64,000 nt of DNA from Schmidtea polychroa (taxonomy: Eukaryota): positions 182,640,312-182,704,311 of the forward strand of contig CM097886.1 in assembly GCA_044892525.1 (NCBI GenBank), given 5' to 3'. Position numbers and translations under genes: made by a program. This document shows, piece after piece, positions 35,791 through 48,689 of this stretch; the stretch's first letter is position 1; every line of letters begins with the position of its first letter. Under the pieces are notes generated by a model. The model ran no database searches. It had not been told where the DNA came from and was given only the letters and a program-made list of their open reading frames with translations.

Positions 35791-37639
35791 CCCATATAGC
35801 TACTAAATTATTTATTTGTTTTATATTTAGTTTGTATTTTTTAATATCTTTTTCTGGGAACCACATTGATTTTATATTATTATATCTGTATTCGTCTCAT
35901 AGCTTACCATACATACATACATACCCATTTAATTTTTAATTTTTTGAAATTTTAATTATTTTAATTATTTATTGATTTGAGTTTTCATAAGTTTTATACA
36001 TTTTATCGATTTGCATATTTCTTTGCACATCCAAATTTCTTTTGAGTTACTTTATATGAATCCGGTCAAATATTGTATTGTTGAGAGTAGGACATCAAAT
36101 ATAAAAGTGATCTGAATATAAAATTATTGCGTAAATATGTGTGTGTATGTGTGTGTTTTGCATATATTAATTATTTTACCTACCTTCTATTGAGAAAAGA
36201 ATACATTTTAAACACAAAAATAAATGCGGACATTTTACCCTTCAGAAGTAAAATCGTTATAAAATCTTAGGAGAATCTTTTAATTTTTCATTTTCACCTT
36301 GGATAGAAAATAAAGTTTGTGTATTTGCAAGAAGTGGAGAAAGTCAATAAGTCAAAAAATGAAACTTATAAGAAAAAAGAGTTACTAATTCTCGAAAGAT
36401 CTCGAGGGTGTTCCCTATGCTACGGTTCCCTTCAACACATAATCACACATTGCAATTAAATTTGAAAATTTAGTTATAATTAAAAAAAGCAGAGATAATA
36501 AAATTTGATAAAAGATTCCCAAGGTAAATAAAAAATCATCTCGAATGACTTGATCTCGATTCAATGAAGCAGTCCTTATCGCTCTGGCGATTCGTCTCAA
36601 GTATTATTTGTGAACAAAAAAGTCATCCGTTTTGCCGGAATCATTGGATGTCATGATGGGATTTCAGGCAGCAGTGTAAATTTCTTGAATTTTCTTTCAG
36701 GCTATTAGAAATTTTTATTCAATTATAATTTTATCAAATTTTATTATAATTATCAAAACTTTGATCTTTTGGTCACCTTTTATCTCTTTTCTTTATTTGA
36801 TATTTAATTTATTTTCATTATGACTAAAGGTCAAAAATCAATTCTCTATGCAACAGAAATTTCCAGCACTGCCTTTATGAAGTATTGATCAAATGTTATA
36901 ATAACACTTGATAACGACATTGCTGACAATTTGCGTGGCATAGAAAATGAATTCTTGATTTTTTGTCATAATGAAAAAAATGTTTTATTAGAATTGTTTT
37001 TATTTTCAATTTATTTTATCTTAATTTTTCTTCAGACTATGGAACAATTAGTTCTCAAGCATTTTTCTGTTGTGGAACATTTTAGAGTATAGAAAGATAT
37101 TTTAAATAAGGCTAAACTTTATTAGAAAAACTTTTATTTCGAAGAAAGATTATCATAACAGAACGATTAATGGTAGTTAAGTGATTAAGTGTAAGAAACC
37201 CGTATCGTATCTTTTCATTTTCAAATGCCATTCCGGGGATTGGCTAGGAGAAAACTATCAAAAAAAAGATTGAAGGAGATTGTTTCAGTATAAAGCCATA
37301 TTTGACGGTGATAATTCTAGTATAAAAAGGGAAACAAATTAAAAACTCAGGTTTTCACTCCAGGCGAGGAAAGAAAATGAGAATGGGCTAGAAGGAATTA
37401 GTAATAAATCTAAAGAAAGAAATTCAGTCACGATACTTCAGAGTAAAGTGTATAAGGTATATTAAAACATATAAAAGTGATTTAATTTTATATGTAAATT
37501 TTATTGTTGGCTAATTCGTAATTAATCATTTGCTTATTTAACATAAATGAATAAGAACATTTGAATTTCTAATTTTTATTTTATATTACATATTTAAAAA
37601 AAATTTAAATATATTATAACAATCGCTAAATAATGGCAT

Positions 37640-38460
37640 TGATTTAAATCTAACGAAAAGCATCAAATAAACCTATTAAATTAAACCAACATGACAATGT
37701 TTTAATTATAAGAAAGCGCCACTAAAACATACGTTTTAGGTATAATATAATAACTATAGAAATAATAGATTTTTGAAAAAAATTATTAATTATATTAATT
37801 ATATCAAATTTTTAATAAAAATATTTTATTCTTTAAAAATTATTATTCAAATAATTTATTATTTTTTAAATTTTAGCAATCAAATTTAAAATTTTAAAAT
37901 ATTGAAATTTAATTTAAAAATTTAAAAATTATTTAATTTAACAAACAACAATCAATACATACAATATACAAAAAACTATTTAAAATCATTTAAAACACAA
38001 ATATTCACTGCATTTTGCGGATTAATTTTCGGATTCAATGACTTTATCAAAAACGCCTCACAAATTACACGTTCCCAATAATTATTGAAATTGCATTTTT
38101 CTCTTACATCCCTTTACTTTTGTATATTTTATGCATGGATTATTGTTGTTAATTCAATTGAAAAATTTTGAATTTCAAAATTTTAAAATTTTATTATTTA
38201 TTGTTTTAATTTAAAAAATAATTTATTATTTGAATTATAAATTTTATAATTTTTAGAGAATAAAATATTTTTATTAGAAATTTGATATAATTAATTTAAT
38301 TAATAAATTAGTTCAAAAAATCTATAATTTCTATAGTTATTATATCCTACTTGATGATGACAGGAAAACTGTCGATATATATCGTAAAACGAATGTGTGA
38401 TTGGTGCTTTCTTATTAATAATATTTATAATAATAATTTAATTGAATTGCATACAGTTAT
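37640..38460. mobile_element. Older Penelope-like 3' ends / pseudo-LTRs in inverted arrangement
   Basis: The minus strand of about 37960-38090 encodes NNYWERVICEAFLIKSLNPKINPQNAV. The AT-rich tails at 37700-37920 and 38160-38420 are mutually inverted. Confidence 0.75.
38348..38386 (+). ncRNA. Degenerate minimal hammerhead ribozyme
   Basis: TAC-TTGATGA-T-GACAG-GAAAA-CTGTC-GATA-TATA-TC-GTA, with C3U and A14U core changes. Confidence 0.6.
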
Positions 38461-39654
38461 ATTTTCATATTTCAATATGCGTTGGGTGGTTTAGTTATTC
38501 TCTTCATTGATATAAGATCACGTAGAGTCAAACATTACCCAGCCCACTGTTATAAGTTATTAATTAAAAACCTAGCTAATGCAAGTCAAGGTTGTTGGGA
38601 AAAATATGGGGGGGAAGTTGAATTTATATTGTGCAAATTCAATATACAACAGTATTATTACATTATTATTAAACAATATGAGTCTTTGAGTTACTGGGAG
38701 CCAGCTATTTGTGAAAGGAGTTCTTCAATATTTTTAATACAATTAATAAACCAGACAAGCTGAAGCCATTTTGAAATGAAAAATTAAAATTGGAGTCTGA
38801 CATTGTGTTTCAATAATCAAAGACCATTTGTTTGGAAATATAAGGACATATAAAATTAACAGGAATAAAAACTGTATATTTTCACATCTGGCATGGGAGA
38901 AAAATTTAGATGCCATTTGAGATAACATGCTGCCGATTTCTGGAAACAGATTTTTCTTGAAAAATCTATGAAAATTGTCAACAAATTTGACACAAATGCT
39001 TATAGCAGTACATAAATAGTTTAAATGGAATTATCATTTTATTCAAATTAAATATTTGGACTTTTTAATGAAATTAAAATGTCGTTTTTCATAATTTACA
39101 TTTTTAAAAATTATAAAAATTATAAAAATAATAATTGTTAAAATAAAAATAATTAATTAAAATATATTATTAAAAATTCAGTTAAATAATTAAAAGAGAT
39201 TGACAAAAATGGTAAAAATAATTGTACTTCAGTATTGAAAATTAACCGAAAGTTCAAAATTTGTTTTAATATCATTGTTTCTTAATTAAAGTTCATTTTT
39301 GACNNNNNNNNNNNNNNNNNNNNNNNNNNNNNNNNNNNNNNNNNNNNNNNNNNNNNNNNNNNNNNNNNNNNNNNNNNNNNNNNNNNNNNNNNNNNNNNNN
39401 NNNNNNNNNNNNNNNNNNNNNNNNNNNNNNNNNNNNNNNNNNNNNNNNNNNNNNNNNNGNNNNNNNNNNNNNNNNNNNNNNNNNNNNNNNNNNNNNNNNN
39501 NNNNNNNNNNNNNNNNNNNNNNNNNNNNNNNNNNNNNNNNNNNNNNNNNNNNNNNNNNNNNNNNNNNNNNNNNNNNNNNNNNNNNNNNNNNNNNNNNNNN
39601 NNNNNNNNNNNNNNNNNNNNNNNNNNNNNNNNNNNNNNNNNNNNNNATTTTTTT

Positions 39655-39693
39655 CACGACTAATTTCGACAGTTTTCCTGTCATCATCAGGTG
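39655..39693 (-). ncRNA. Minimal type-I hammerhead ribozyme in a Penelope pLTR
   Basis: CAC-CUGAUGA-U-GACAG-GAAAA-CUGUC-GAA-A-UUAG-U-C-GUG. Confidence 0.8.
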
Positions 39694-41435
39694 GGATATA
39701 ATACTAATAAAATAAAGGATTTTAAACAAATTTAATTATATATAAAAAAAATTTTTTATTTTATAAAAAATATTATTTTTTAAAACTTTAACATTTAAAA
39801 TTTATTTTAATAATTTAAAAATTTAAAAATTTTTTTTTATTAATTGTTTAATTTAACACAACAATCAATACATACAATACACAAAAGCTTATTTAAAAAC
39901 ACTCAACACACATGTATTTACAGCATTCTGCACATTAATTTTCGGATTCAATGATTTTATCAACAACGCCTCACAAATCACACGTTCCCAATAATTATCG
40001 AAGTTTTTTAATAAAATTTTAAAATCAGACATACCTATTTTAATCTTACAGCCCTTATTGTGCTCACGAATATGGGTCAAAGACTTCGGTCTACAATGTT
40101 CTCGAGTTCGAATACAGAGATGACGGGAAGTCTCTCCAATGTATGTGGCATTACACCCATTACATGTAAACTGATAAACGAGATCGGAACACAATTCAAC
40201 CGGAGTCTTTGACTTATTAATAAACATATTGCGTACTTTCCATGAAGTTGACACTCTTTACCGAATTTTTAAAAGTAGAAGACAAAGACCATGCACGATA
40301 AATCAACCCCTTCACCATATTTCTTTTATACTTGAATTCACAAAAACTTTCGGAAGAAGTATAGAGACCAGTATCAGTTGGTTTTCTATAAATCTCTGTC
40401 TCATAGTGTTTCTCTTTGCGTTGTATTAACAAATCCAAGAAAGCAAGCGATGATTTTTTCTCCGTTTCACATGTGAATACAATGTTTTTATGTAGACTAT
40501 TCATATAATGCAAAAACGGGTCAACATGCCTCTGATTTTCAAATATAAGAAATATATCATCCACATACCGTCTATAAACAGTGGGTTTCATACCTTGGAA
40601 AGATGCAATTTTCTTTTCTAAGCTTGTTAAAAAAATTGAAGTAATTATGGTGAAAGAGACTGTAGACAAATTTATTAAAAATCCTAAGGATCCATGTTTG
40701 AGAAAATTTGGGTGTGATCTTGTTGAGATATGTGAGTCTGATGAGTTAAATAAATTAAATAGTGTGAGCAAGGATGATGAGCCTAAATTTGTGTTAGTAT
40801 TGCCGTACTCAGAAGGTTTTAAGGATTATAAAGTGAAGATAAGAAAGCAGTTAGGGAATTTAAACTATAGGATAGTGTCAACTTCATGGAAAGTACGCAA
40901 TATGTTTATTAATAAGTCAAAGACTCCGGTTGAATTGTGTTCCGATCTCGTTTATCAGTTTACATGTAATGGGTGTAATGCCACATACATTGGAGAGACT
41001 TCCCGTCATCTCTGTATTCGAACTCGAGAACATTGTAGACCGAAGTCTTTGACCCATATTCGTGAGCACAATAAGGGCTGTAAGATTAAAATAGGTATGT
41101 CTGATTTTAAAATTTTATTAAAAAACTTCGATAATTATTGGGAACGTGTGATTTGTGAGGCGTTGTTGATAAAATCATTGAATCCGAAAATTAATGTGCA
41201 GAATGCTGTAAATACATGTGTGTTGAGTGTTTTTAAATAAGCTTTTGTGTATTGTATGTATTGATTGTTGTGTTAAATTAAACAATTAATAAAAAAAAAT
41301 TTTTAAATTTTTAAATTATTAAAATAAATTTTAAATGTTAAAGTTTTAAAAAATAATATTTTTTATAAAATAAAAAATTTTTTTTATATATAATTAAATT
41401 TGTTTAAAATCCTTTATTTTATTAGTATTATATCC

Positions 41436-41474
41436 CACCTGATGATGACAGGAAAACTGTCGAAATTAATCGTG
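41436..41474 (+). ncRNA. Minimal type-I hammerhead ribozyme in a Penelope pLTR
   Basis: CAC-CUGAUGA-U-GACAG-GAAAA-CUGUC-GAA-A-UUAA-U-C-GUG. Predicted cleavage is after C41471. Confidence 0.82.
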
Positions 41475-41718
41475 AAAAAAATGTTTGATTGGCGTTATCT
41501 TATAATTAAATCATTGNNNNNNNNNNNNNNNNNNNNNNNNNNNNNNNNNNNNNNNNNNNNNNNNNNNNNNNNNNNNNNNNNNNNNNNNNNNNNNNNNNNN
41601 NNNNNNNNNNNNNNNNNNNNNNNNNNNNNNNNNNNNNNNNNNNNNNNNNNNNNNNNNNNNNNNNNNNNNNNNNNNNNNNNNNNNNNNNNNNNNNNNNNNN
41701 NNNNNNNNNNATTCTTTT

Positions 41719-41757
41719 CACGATTAATTTCGACAGTTTTCCTGTCATCATCAGGTG
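41719..41757 (-). ncRNA. Minimal type-I hammerhead ribozyme in an inverted Penelope pLTR
   Basis: Same 39-nt motif as 41436-41474 on the minus strand. Confidence 0.82.
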
Positions 41758-42698
41758 GGATATAATAACTCATTAAATTAAGGATTTTAAACAAATTTAT
41801 TAATTAAATATAAAAAATTTAAAAAAATACTTTTAAAAATTCAGTAAAAAGTGTTGACATATTGGTTGAATTGTTAATGAAGAACGGTTATTCAAAATAC
41901 TTTTTAGTAATTATGGTGAAAGGGACTGTTGACAAATTTATTAAAAATCCTAAGGATCCATGTTTGAGAAAATCTGGGTGTGATGTTGTTGAGATGTGTG
42001 AGTCTGATGAGTTAAAAAAATTAAATAGTGTGAGCAAGGATGATGAGCATAAATTTGTGTTAGTATTGCCGTACTCAGAAGGTTTTAAGGATTATAAAGT
42101 GAAGATAAGAAAGCAGTTAGGGAATTTAAACTATAGGATAGTGTCAACTTCATGGAAAGTACGCAATATGTTTATTAATAAGTCAAAAACTCCGGTTGAA
42201 TTGTGTTCCGATCTCATTTATCAGTTTACATGTAATGGGTGTAATGCCACATACATTGGAGAGACTTACCGTCATCTCTGTATTCGAGCTCGAGAACATT
42301 GTAGACCGAAGGCTTTGACTCATATTGGTGAACACAATAAGGGTTGTAAAATTAAAATAGGTATGTCTGATTTTAAAATTTTATTAAAAAAATTTCGATA
42401 ATTATTGGGAACGTGTGATTTGTGAGGCGTTGTTGATAAAGTCATTGAATCCGAAAATTAATGTGCAGAATGCAGTAAATAATTGTGTTTTGAGTGTTTT
42501 TAAATATGTTTTTATATTGTATGTATTGATTGTTGTATTAAATTAAATAATTAATAAAAAATTTTTTAAATTATTAAATTAAATTTTAAATGTTAAAATT
42601 TAAAAAAAAATAATATATTTTTTTTATAAAATAAAAATTTTTTTATATATAATTAATACATTTGTTTAAAATCCTTAATTTAATGAGTTATTATATCC

Positions 42699-42737
42699 CA
42701 CCTGATGATGACAGGAAAACTGTCGAAATTAATCGTG
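42699..42737 (+). ncRNA. Minimal type-I hammerhead ribozyme in a Penelope pLTR
   Basis: Same 39-nt motif as 41436-41474. Confidence 0.82.
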
Positions 42738-43554
42738 AAAAGAATGTTTTATTGGCGTTATCTTATAATTAAATCATTGNNNNNNNNNNNNNNNNNNNNN
42801 NNNNNNNNNNNNNNNNNNNNNNNNNNNNNNNNNNNNNNNNNNNNNNNNNNNNNNNNNNNNNNNNNNNNNNNNNNNNNNNNNNNNNNNNNNNNNNNNNNNN
42901 NNNNNNNNNNNNNNNNNNNNNNNNNNNNNNNNNNNNNNNNNNNNNNNNNNNNNNNNNNNNNNNNNNNNNNNNNNNNNNNNNNNNNNNNNNNNNNNNNNNN
43001 NNNNNNNNNNNNNNTAATAGAAAATTTCGAGGGACAAAATTTTGAACTTTAAGAAGATTTTCACATCAAAAATTTACAGAGCTATTATAATAAATGATTC
43101 ACAGGAAGCAATTAATATCTCAAATATCCAGATTTTATTTATAAACAAATTTGAGAATATTGTCATTGAAAGCTGGCTACCTCATTTGTTTGTTTTGAAT
43201 TATTTACTTGTTTATTGTTTATGTGAAACTTTGAGCACGTTTAGATTTCTTTGAACTATAATGTTAAACTTTCTTAGTAGTAAAACTTAGTGACNNNNNN
43301 NNNNNNNNNNNNNNNNNNNNNNNNNNNNNNNNNNNNNNNNNNNNNNNNNNNNNNNNNNNNNNNNNNNNNNNNNNNNNNNNNNNNNNNNNNNNNNNNNNNN
43401 NNNNNNNNNNNNNNNNNNNNNNNNNNNNNNNNNNNNNNNNNNNNNNNNNNNNNNNNNGAATTCTTTAAGGATTTTAAGAGGATTGACTGAATTAAAGGAG
43501 GATTCAAGTGGGTAGAATTGAAGGATATATTTGGTCAGATGTTTAAAGAGGTAG

Positions 43555-43945
43555 AAATATTTAATGAGAGATCGATTAAGATGGGAAAATATGATCTTTT
43601 AAGGGAGATATAGTCGGTTGGATTTAATGAAAAATGGGTTAAGATGGAAATAGATCATTGTAAGGGAGATATAGTCGATTGACTTTAATGAGAAATCGAT
43701 TAAGATGGGAATATATGATCTTTTGAGGGGATATAGTCGGTTAGATTTAATGAGAGATCAGATAAGGTGGGAATATATCATTGTAAGGGAGATATAGTCG
43801 ATTGAATTTAATGAGAGATCGGATAAGGTAGGAATATATCATTGTAAGGGAGATATAGTCGATTGAATTTAATGAAGGATGGGTTAAGATGGGAATATAG
43901 TCGGTTAAATTTAATGAGACATGGGTTAAGATGGGAATATATGAT
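43555..43945. repeat. Degenerate minisatellite, about 60-bp unit, about 6 copies
   Basis: Recurrent GGAGATATAGTCG.TTG.ATTTAATGAGA..G.TTAAGATGGGAATAT. Confidence 0.85.
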
Positions 43946-44898
43946 TTTTTTAATGGCGATGTTGGTAAAATATCATTGTTTTAAGGGAAATGTCAATTAG
44001 TCAGTTATGTATCAATAATAATTATATCGTTTTATTAGGTTGTGATTAATTCATTGTATATTAATTTAGATTTATGTTTTAGAACAATGTTCTATTAAGT
44101 AGGGATAATGATCGATTTACTTGGTTTTGACGATGAAAACTTTACAGATAAATAGGATTGATATCAACTTTAAATTATTTTTATCTTTATTTAGACGGAC
44201 AACGACAAAAGTTGACCATTTGAAGAAATATATTTTATTGAATGGATAAATTTAATCTTTCAATGGGACCTAGTCAGTTATATTTATTTTAAATTTCAAG
44301 TACAGTGATTTACAAAAATTTACAGTGATTAACAAAAATTTAATTATAACTGGTTTTATCATTAGATTTTATAAATTATTTAGGGTTAATGATTTTACAT
44401 GTTTTATAGGGAAATATTCGTGATAATAGGAATTAAAGTTAGAATTATAGTCATTTAAAGGGGATTTTAAGGAATCTTATTAGTCTGAGGGGAATATATG
44501 ATCCTTTACGGGTACTTATCATTAAAATATCAATCTTTAAATATTGATATATTTAGGGGAAATGATGCTTTTTAGATGATTTTAATGAATTATTTGTAAT
44601 AATATGAATTAAGGGTTGAAATATAGTCATTTAAGGGATTTTAAGGAATCTTATTAGTTTGAGGAGAATATATGATCTTTAACAAGTATTTATCATTAAA
44701 ATACCAATCTTTAAATATTGATATATTTAGGGGGAAAATGATGCTTTTTAGATGATTTTATTGGAGAATTCACTTGGATATACCAATTATTGTCATTTGA
44801 ATGAATTTACTGGTTTGTTAGATGTTATCATTAGTTATCTAGTCTCTTTTGGAATTTAATGATAATTATTTTTATTGTAGATTGCTGACTTTGATAAT

Positions 44899-45590
44899 TG
44901 TAATGAATTTATACTGATTTTTTGAATATATTGAGAAATCAGTCAATCAATTTGAGTACTTTTAAAAAAATAATTAAAATTAATTTTATTTCAATTAATT
45001 TATTCAATCTAAATCAATTATCTACTAGATCTTATTTCAAAATTCTTATTAATTTATTATCTTAGTTGATTCATATTAACTTGAATGATCAATGACTAGA
45101 ATTTAAAGTTCTTTCTTGTCCATTAATTACATTTTTATGACATTTATTTTGAAAATTTTTAATTTTTACAATTATTTAATCAATTTTTACCAAGTTATTG
45201 ATGTCTTGAGTTCAATTAATTTTTCATCCAATATTTGTAATGAATTTATACTGATTTTTTGAATATATTGAGAAATCAGTCAATCAATTTGAGTACATGT
45301 ATTACTTTTACAAAAATAATTAAAATTAATTTTATTTCAATTAATTTATTCAATCTAAATCAATTATCTACTAGATTTTATTTAAAATTTTATTAATTTA
45401 TTAACTTAGTTGATTCAACTTGAATGATCAGTATTTTATTTTATTTACTGGATGATTAGAATTTTTTTCTTGTCCATTAATTAAATTTTTATGATATTTA
45501 TTTCGAATAATTTAAATTTTTTACAATAATTTAATCAATTTTTACCTAGTTATTGATGCCTTGAGTTCAAATAATTTTTCATCCAATTTT
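44899..45590. repeat. Tandem direct duplication, about 340 bp x 2
   Basis: TGTAATGAATTTATACTGATTTTTTGAATATATTGAGAAATCAGTC recurs near 44899 and 45236, with colinear downstream sequence. Confidence 0.85.
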
Positions 45591-45877
45591 TCAAGTGAAG
45601 AGTATTTGCTTTTAAAGATCAATTTGTTAGTACATAGTTGTTGGTTGTAAGTAGTTGGTTGACTCTTTAGATTTTGATAAGAAAATAGTGTATGCGATGG
45701 AGAATATTTTGTATTTGGTAGTTGGTACAGTGTTGTTTACTGATTGTTGTTATATAGTTGTAGGTTGATATTTGTTAATTTCTCGATGGGTTTTGATGGT
45801 GGTTGTTAGTAGTTGTTGTTTGAAACCTAGTGGTTAGTACTTAGTAGCTAGTTAATGGGTAGGTTGTGGTTGAGTGT

Positions 45878-46025
45878 TACCAATACCCCTACGACTAGTA
45901 CCTTTACGACCAGTACCCTTACGACCAATACCCCTACGACTAGTACCTTTACGACCAGTACCCTTACGACCAGTACCCTTACGACCTGTACCCTTAGGGG
46001 GTCAAAACATCCTGTCGGATAAACT
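45878..46025. repeat. 15-bp tandem repeat (ACGACCAGTACCCTT, about 7 units) ending in a dispersed motif
   Basis: The units are visible directly. The following AGGGGGTCAAAACATCCTGTCGGATAAAC resembles 31744-31771. Confidence 0.85.
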
Positions 46026-47019
46026 CAGAGTATATATAATAAAACTGATCAACAATAAGTATTTATTGAATGCGATTTTTACTTTGCAATAATAAGTCAG
46101 TAGTTATCATTTAAAAGAAGAATGTTTTGTAAATTAGAATTCATTAGTCTTTCATTGTAATTAAAATTATTTTGAATTCCACGTGGTGATGAGTTGTGGT
46201 TTTTTGATGAAAATCAACATTTTTGTTAAATTTGAAAAGGTTTTTCTACTGACTGTAATTAAACATATTTTTGGAAACAGATAAAAATTAATTTAAAAAG
46301 CATTTCATAAAATACAGTGAAGAATATTTAGTAGTTAGTTGTAAGTATCTGGTTGTTTGAGAGTTAGTTAGTACGTGGTATCATGTTGTAAGTATTTGTT
46401 AGCACCTAGTTAAAAATATTTAGTAACCGATTGTTGGTAACTGTTGAATTATTATTATTATTATCATTATTATTATTTTTATTATTATTATTATTATTAT
46501 TCCATTAAAATTTCCATTAAAAATTACCATTGAAAACTTATTCCATAAAAATATCTATTAAAAATTACATTTCTCAAAAAAGTTGGTGGTTATTCAATCT
46601 TTTGATAATAAATTTAAAAATCTTAGTTTTATTTACTTATTACATTAGTTTAATTTACTCATTTAGCTTTAATTTAAAATTTGAACCATTGTTTTCTTTA
46701 ATTTTAAATTTTGAACCTTAATTTACTTATTTAAAATTTTTAACTTTAATTTACTTATCCTTAATTTACCTATTTATCCTTTATTTCTTAATTTAACAAC
46801 TAAATATAATCCTTATTTTCATATTTAACTATTAATTTCACGTGGTCATTGATTAATAGACGAAGATTTGCATCTAAAATTAACATTGAAAATCCCAGAA
46901 AACTTTCATGTTAAATTGACTTTAACTTTAATATTTTAGACCATTGATTAGTTAATTTAAAAATTAAATATTAATTTACTTATTTAACCAATAATTTCAT
47001 GTGGTCATCTTGTTGTCAG

Positions 47020-47640
47020 TGCTTGGTATATAGTTGACAGTGCTTAGTACTAGGTATCTAGTTGTTAGCTGGTTGTTAGTACTTAGTATTTAGTTGGTTG
47101 ATAATGCTTAGTACTTGGTTGTTGTTGGTTGTTAGTACTTAGTAGTTGGTTGGTTGCTGTTAGCTGGTTGTAGCTAGTTAATGGGTAGGTGGTTGTAGGT
47201 ACTTAGTAGTTGGTAATTAATGCTTAGTACCTGGTTGATGTTGGTTAATAATGCTTAGTACTTGGTTGTTGTCGGTTGTGAGTACTTGGTATCTAGTACC
47301 TAGTTGGTTGGTTGTTTTTGGTTGTATGTACTTGGTACCTAGTTGGTTGGTTGTTTTGTTGTATGTACTTGGTATCAGGTAACTGGTTGTAGGTATCTGG
47401 TTGGTAATACATGTTCGTAAGTTACTGGTTGTTGGTACTTAGTAGGTGGTTAATAATGCTTAGTACCTGGTTGTTGTTGGTTGTATGTACTTGGTAGTTA
47501 GTTGTTAGTACTTGGTACCTAGTTGGTTGCATGTTTTTGGTTGTTGGTACTTGGTATCAGGTAACTGGTTGTAGGTATCTGGTTGGTTATACATGTTCGT
47601 AAGTTACTGGTTGTTGGTACTAAGTTGTTGATTTGTTGTT
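47020..47640. repeat. G/T-skewed degenerate simple-repeat tract
   Basis: Repeating GGTTGTT/GTACTTAGT/AGTTGGTTG modules with an internal duplication of roughly 185 bp. Confidence 0.8.
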
Positions 47641-47949
47641 GAATTATTATTAAAATTTGTCTTTGAAAAATATTTCATAAAAATTTTCAATAAAAATTAT
47701 CTTAAAAATTTCCATCTAAAATTATCATTGAAAAATATTTCTTAAAAATGTCCATTAAAAATTAACTTAAAAAATTATTCCATAAAAATTTCCATAAAAA
47801 ATTACTATTGAAAAATATTTCATAAAAATTTTCATTAAAAAATTTCAATTCTCAAACACCTTCAACTTTTTGTTAATAAATTTTAAAATCTTACTTTAAT
47901 TTACTTATTTAAAATTTTTTACCATTGATTACTTAATTTTAAAATTTGG

Positions 47950-48675
47950 ACCATAATTTACTTTAATTTAATTTTTAGAACCATAATTTACTGTAATTCA
48001 AAATTTGGACCATAATTTACTGTATTTGAAAAATTTAGAACCATAATTTACTTTTAATTTAATTTTTAGAACCATAATTTACTTTAATTCAAAAATTTGG
48101 ATCATAATTTACTGTATTTGAAAAATTTAGAACCATAATTTACTTTAATTTAATTTTTAGAACCATAATTTACTGTAATTTAATTTTTTAGGACCATTAT
48201 TTACTTTAGTTTGAAAAATTTAGAACCATAATTTACTTTTAATTTAATTTTTAGAACCATAATTTACTTTAATTCAAAAATTTGGACCATAATTTACTTT
48301 TAATTTAATTTTTTAGGACCATTATTACCTTATTTGAAAATTTGAGCCATAATTTACTTTATTTGAAAAAAATTGGACCATAATTTACTTTATTTTAATT
48401 TTTTAGAACCTTAATTTACTTTAATTCAATTTTTAGAACCATAATTTACTTTAATTTAAATTTTTGGACCATAATTTACTTTAATTTAATTTTTAGAACC
48501 ATTATTTACTGTAATTTAATTTTTTAGAACCATTATTTACTGTAATTGAAAAATTTTGACCATAATTTACTGTAATTTAATTTTTTAGGACCATAATTTA
48601 CTGTATTTGAAAAATTTGGACCATAATTTACTGTAATTTAATTTTTTTAGGACCATTATTTACTTTAATTGAAAA
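47950..48675. repeat. Tandem repeat, 30-32-bp unit, roughly 23 copies
   Basis: G(A/G)ACCATAATTTACT(T/G)TAATTTAATTTTTA repeated. Confidence 0.9.
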
Positions 48676-48689
48676 ATTTGCCACGTTTT

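Larger units (their letters stand above)
39647..41516. mobile_element. Penelope-like composite: 5'-truncated minus-strand copy (RT C-half, internal deletion, GIY-YIG, pLTR) fused to an inverted plus-strand 3' copy
   Basis: RT motifs YRRYVDDIF, FTCETE, LAFLDLLI and YRKPT on the minus strand (40630-40255). Identical 121-aa GIY-YIG ORFs at 39889..40254(-) and 40875..41240(+). Confidence 0.92.
41711..42779 (+). mobile_element. Penelope-like 3' fragment (linker, GIY-YIG, pLTR) preceded by a short inverted pLTR
   Basis: ORF 41862..42401 is nearly identical to 40581..41240 but frameshifted in an A-run near 42390. Its 3' tail matches 41240-41516. Confidence 0.9.

Noticed and set aside
45874-46092. 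ORF with (PLRPV)n repeat
   Set aside because: It is simply the translation of the 15-bp tandem repeat; no evidence of coding.
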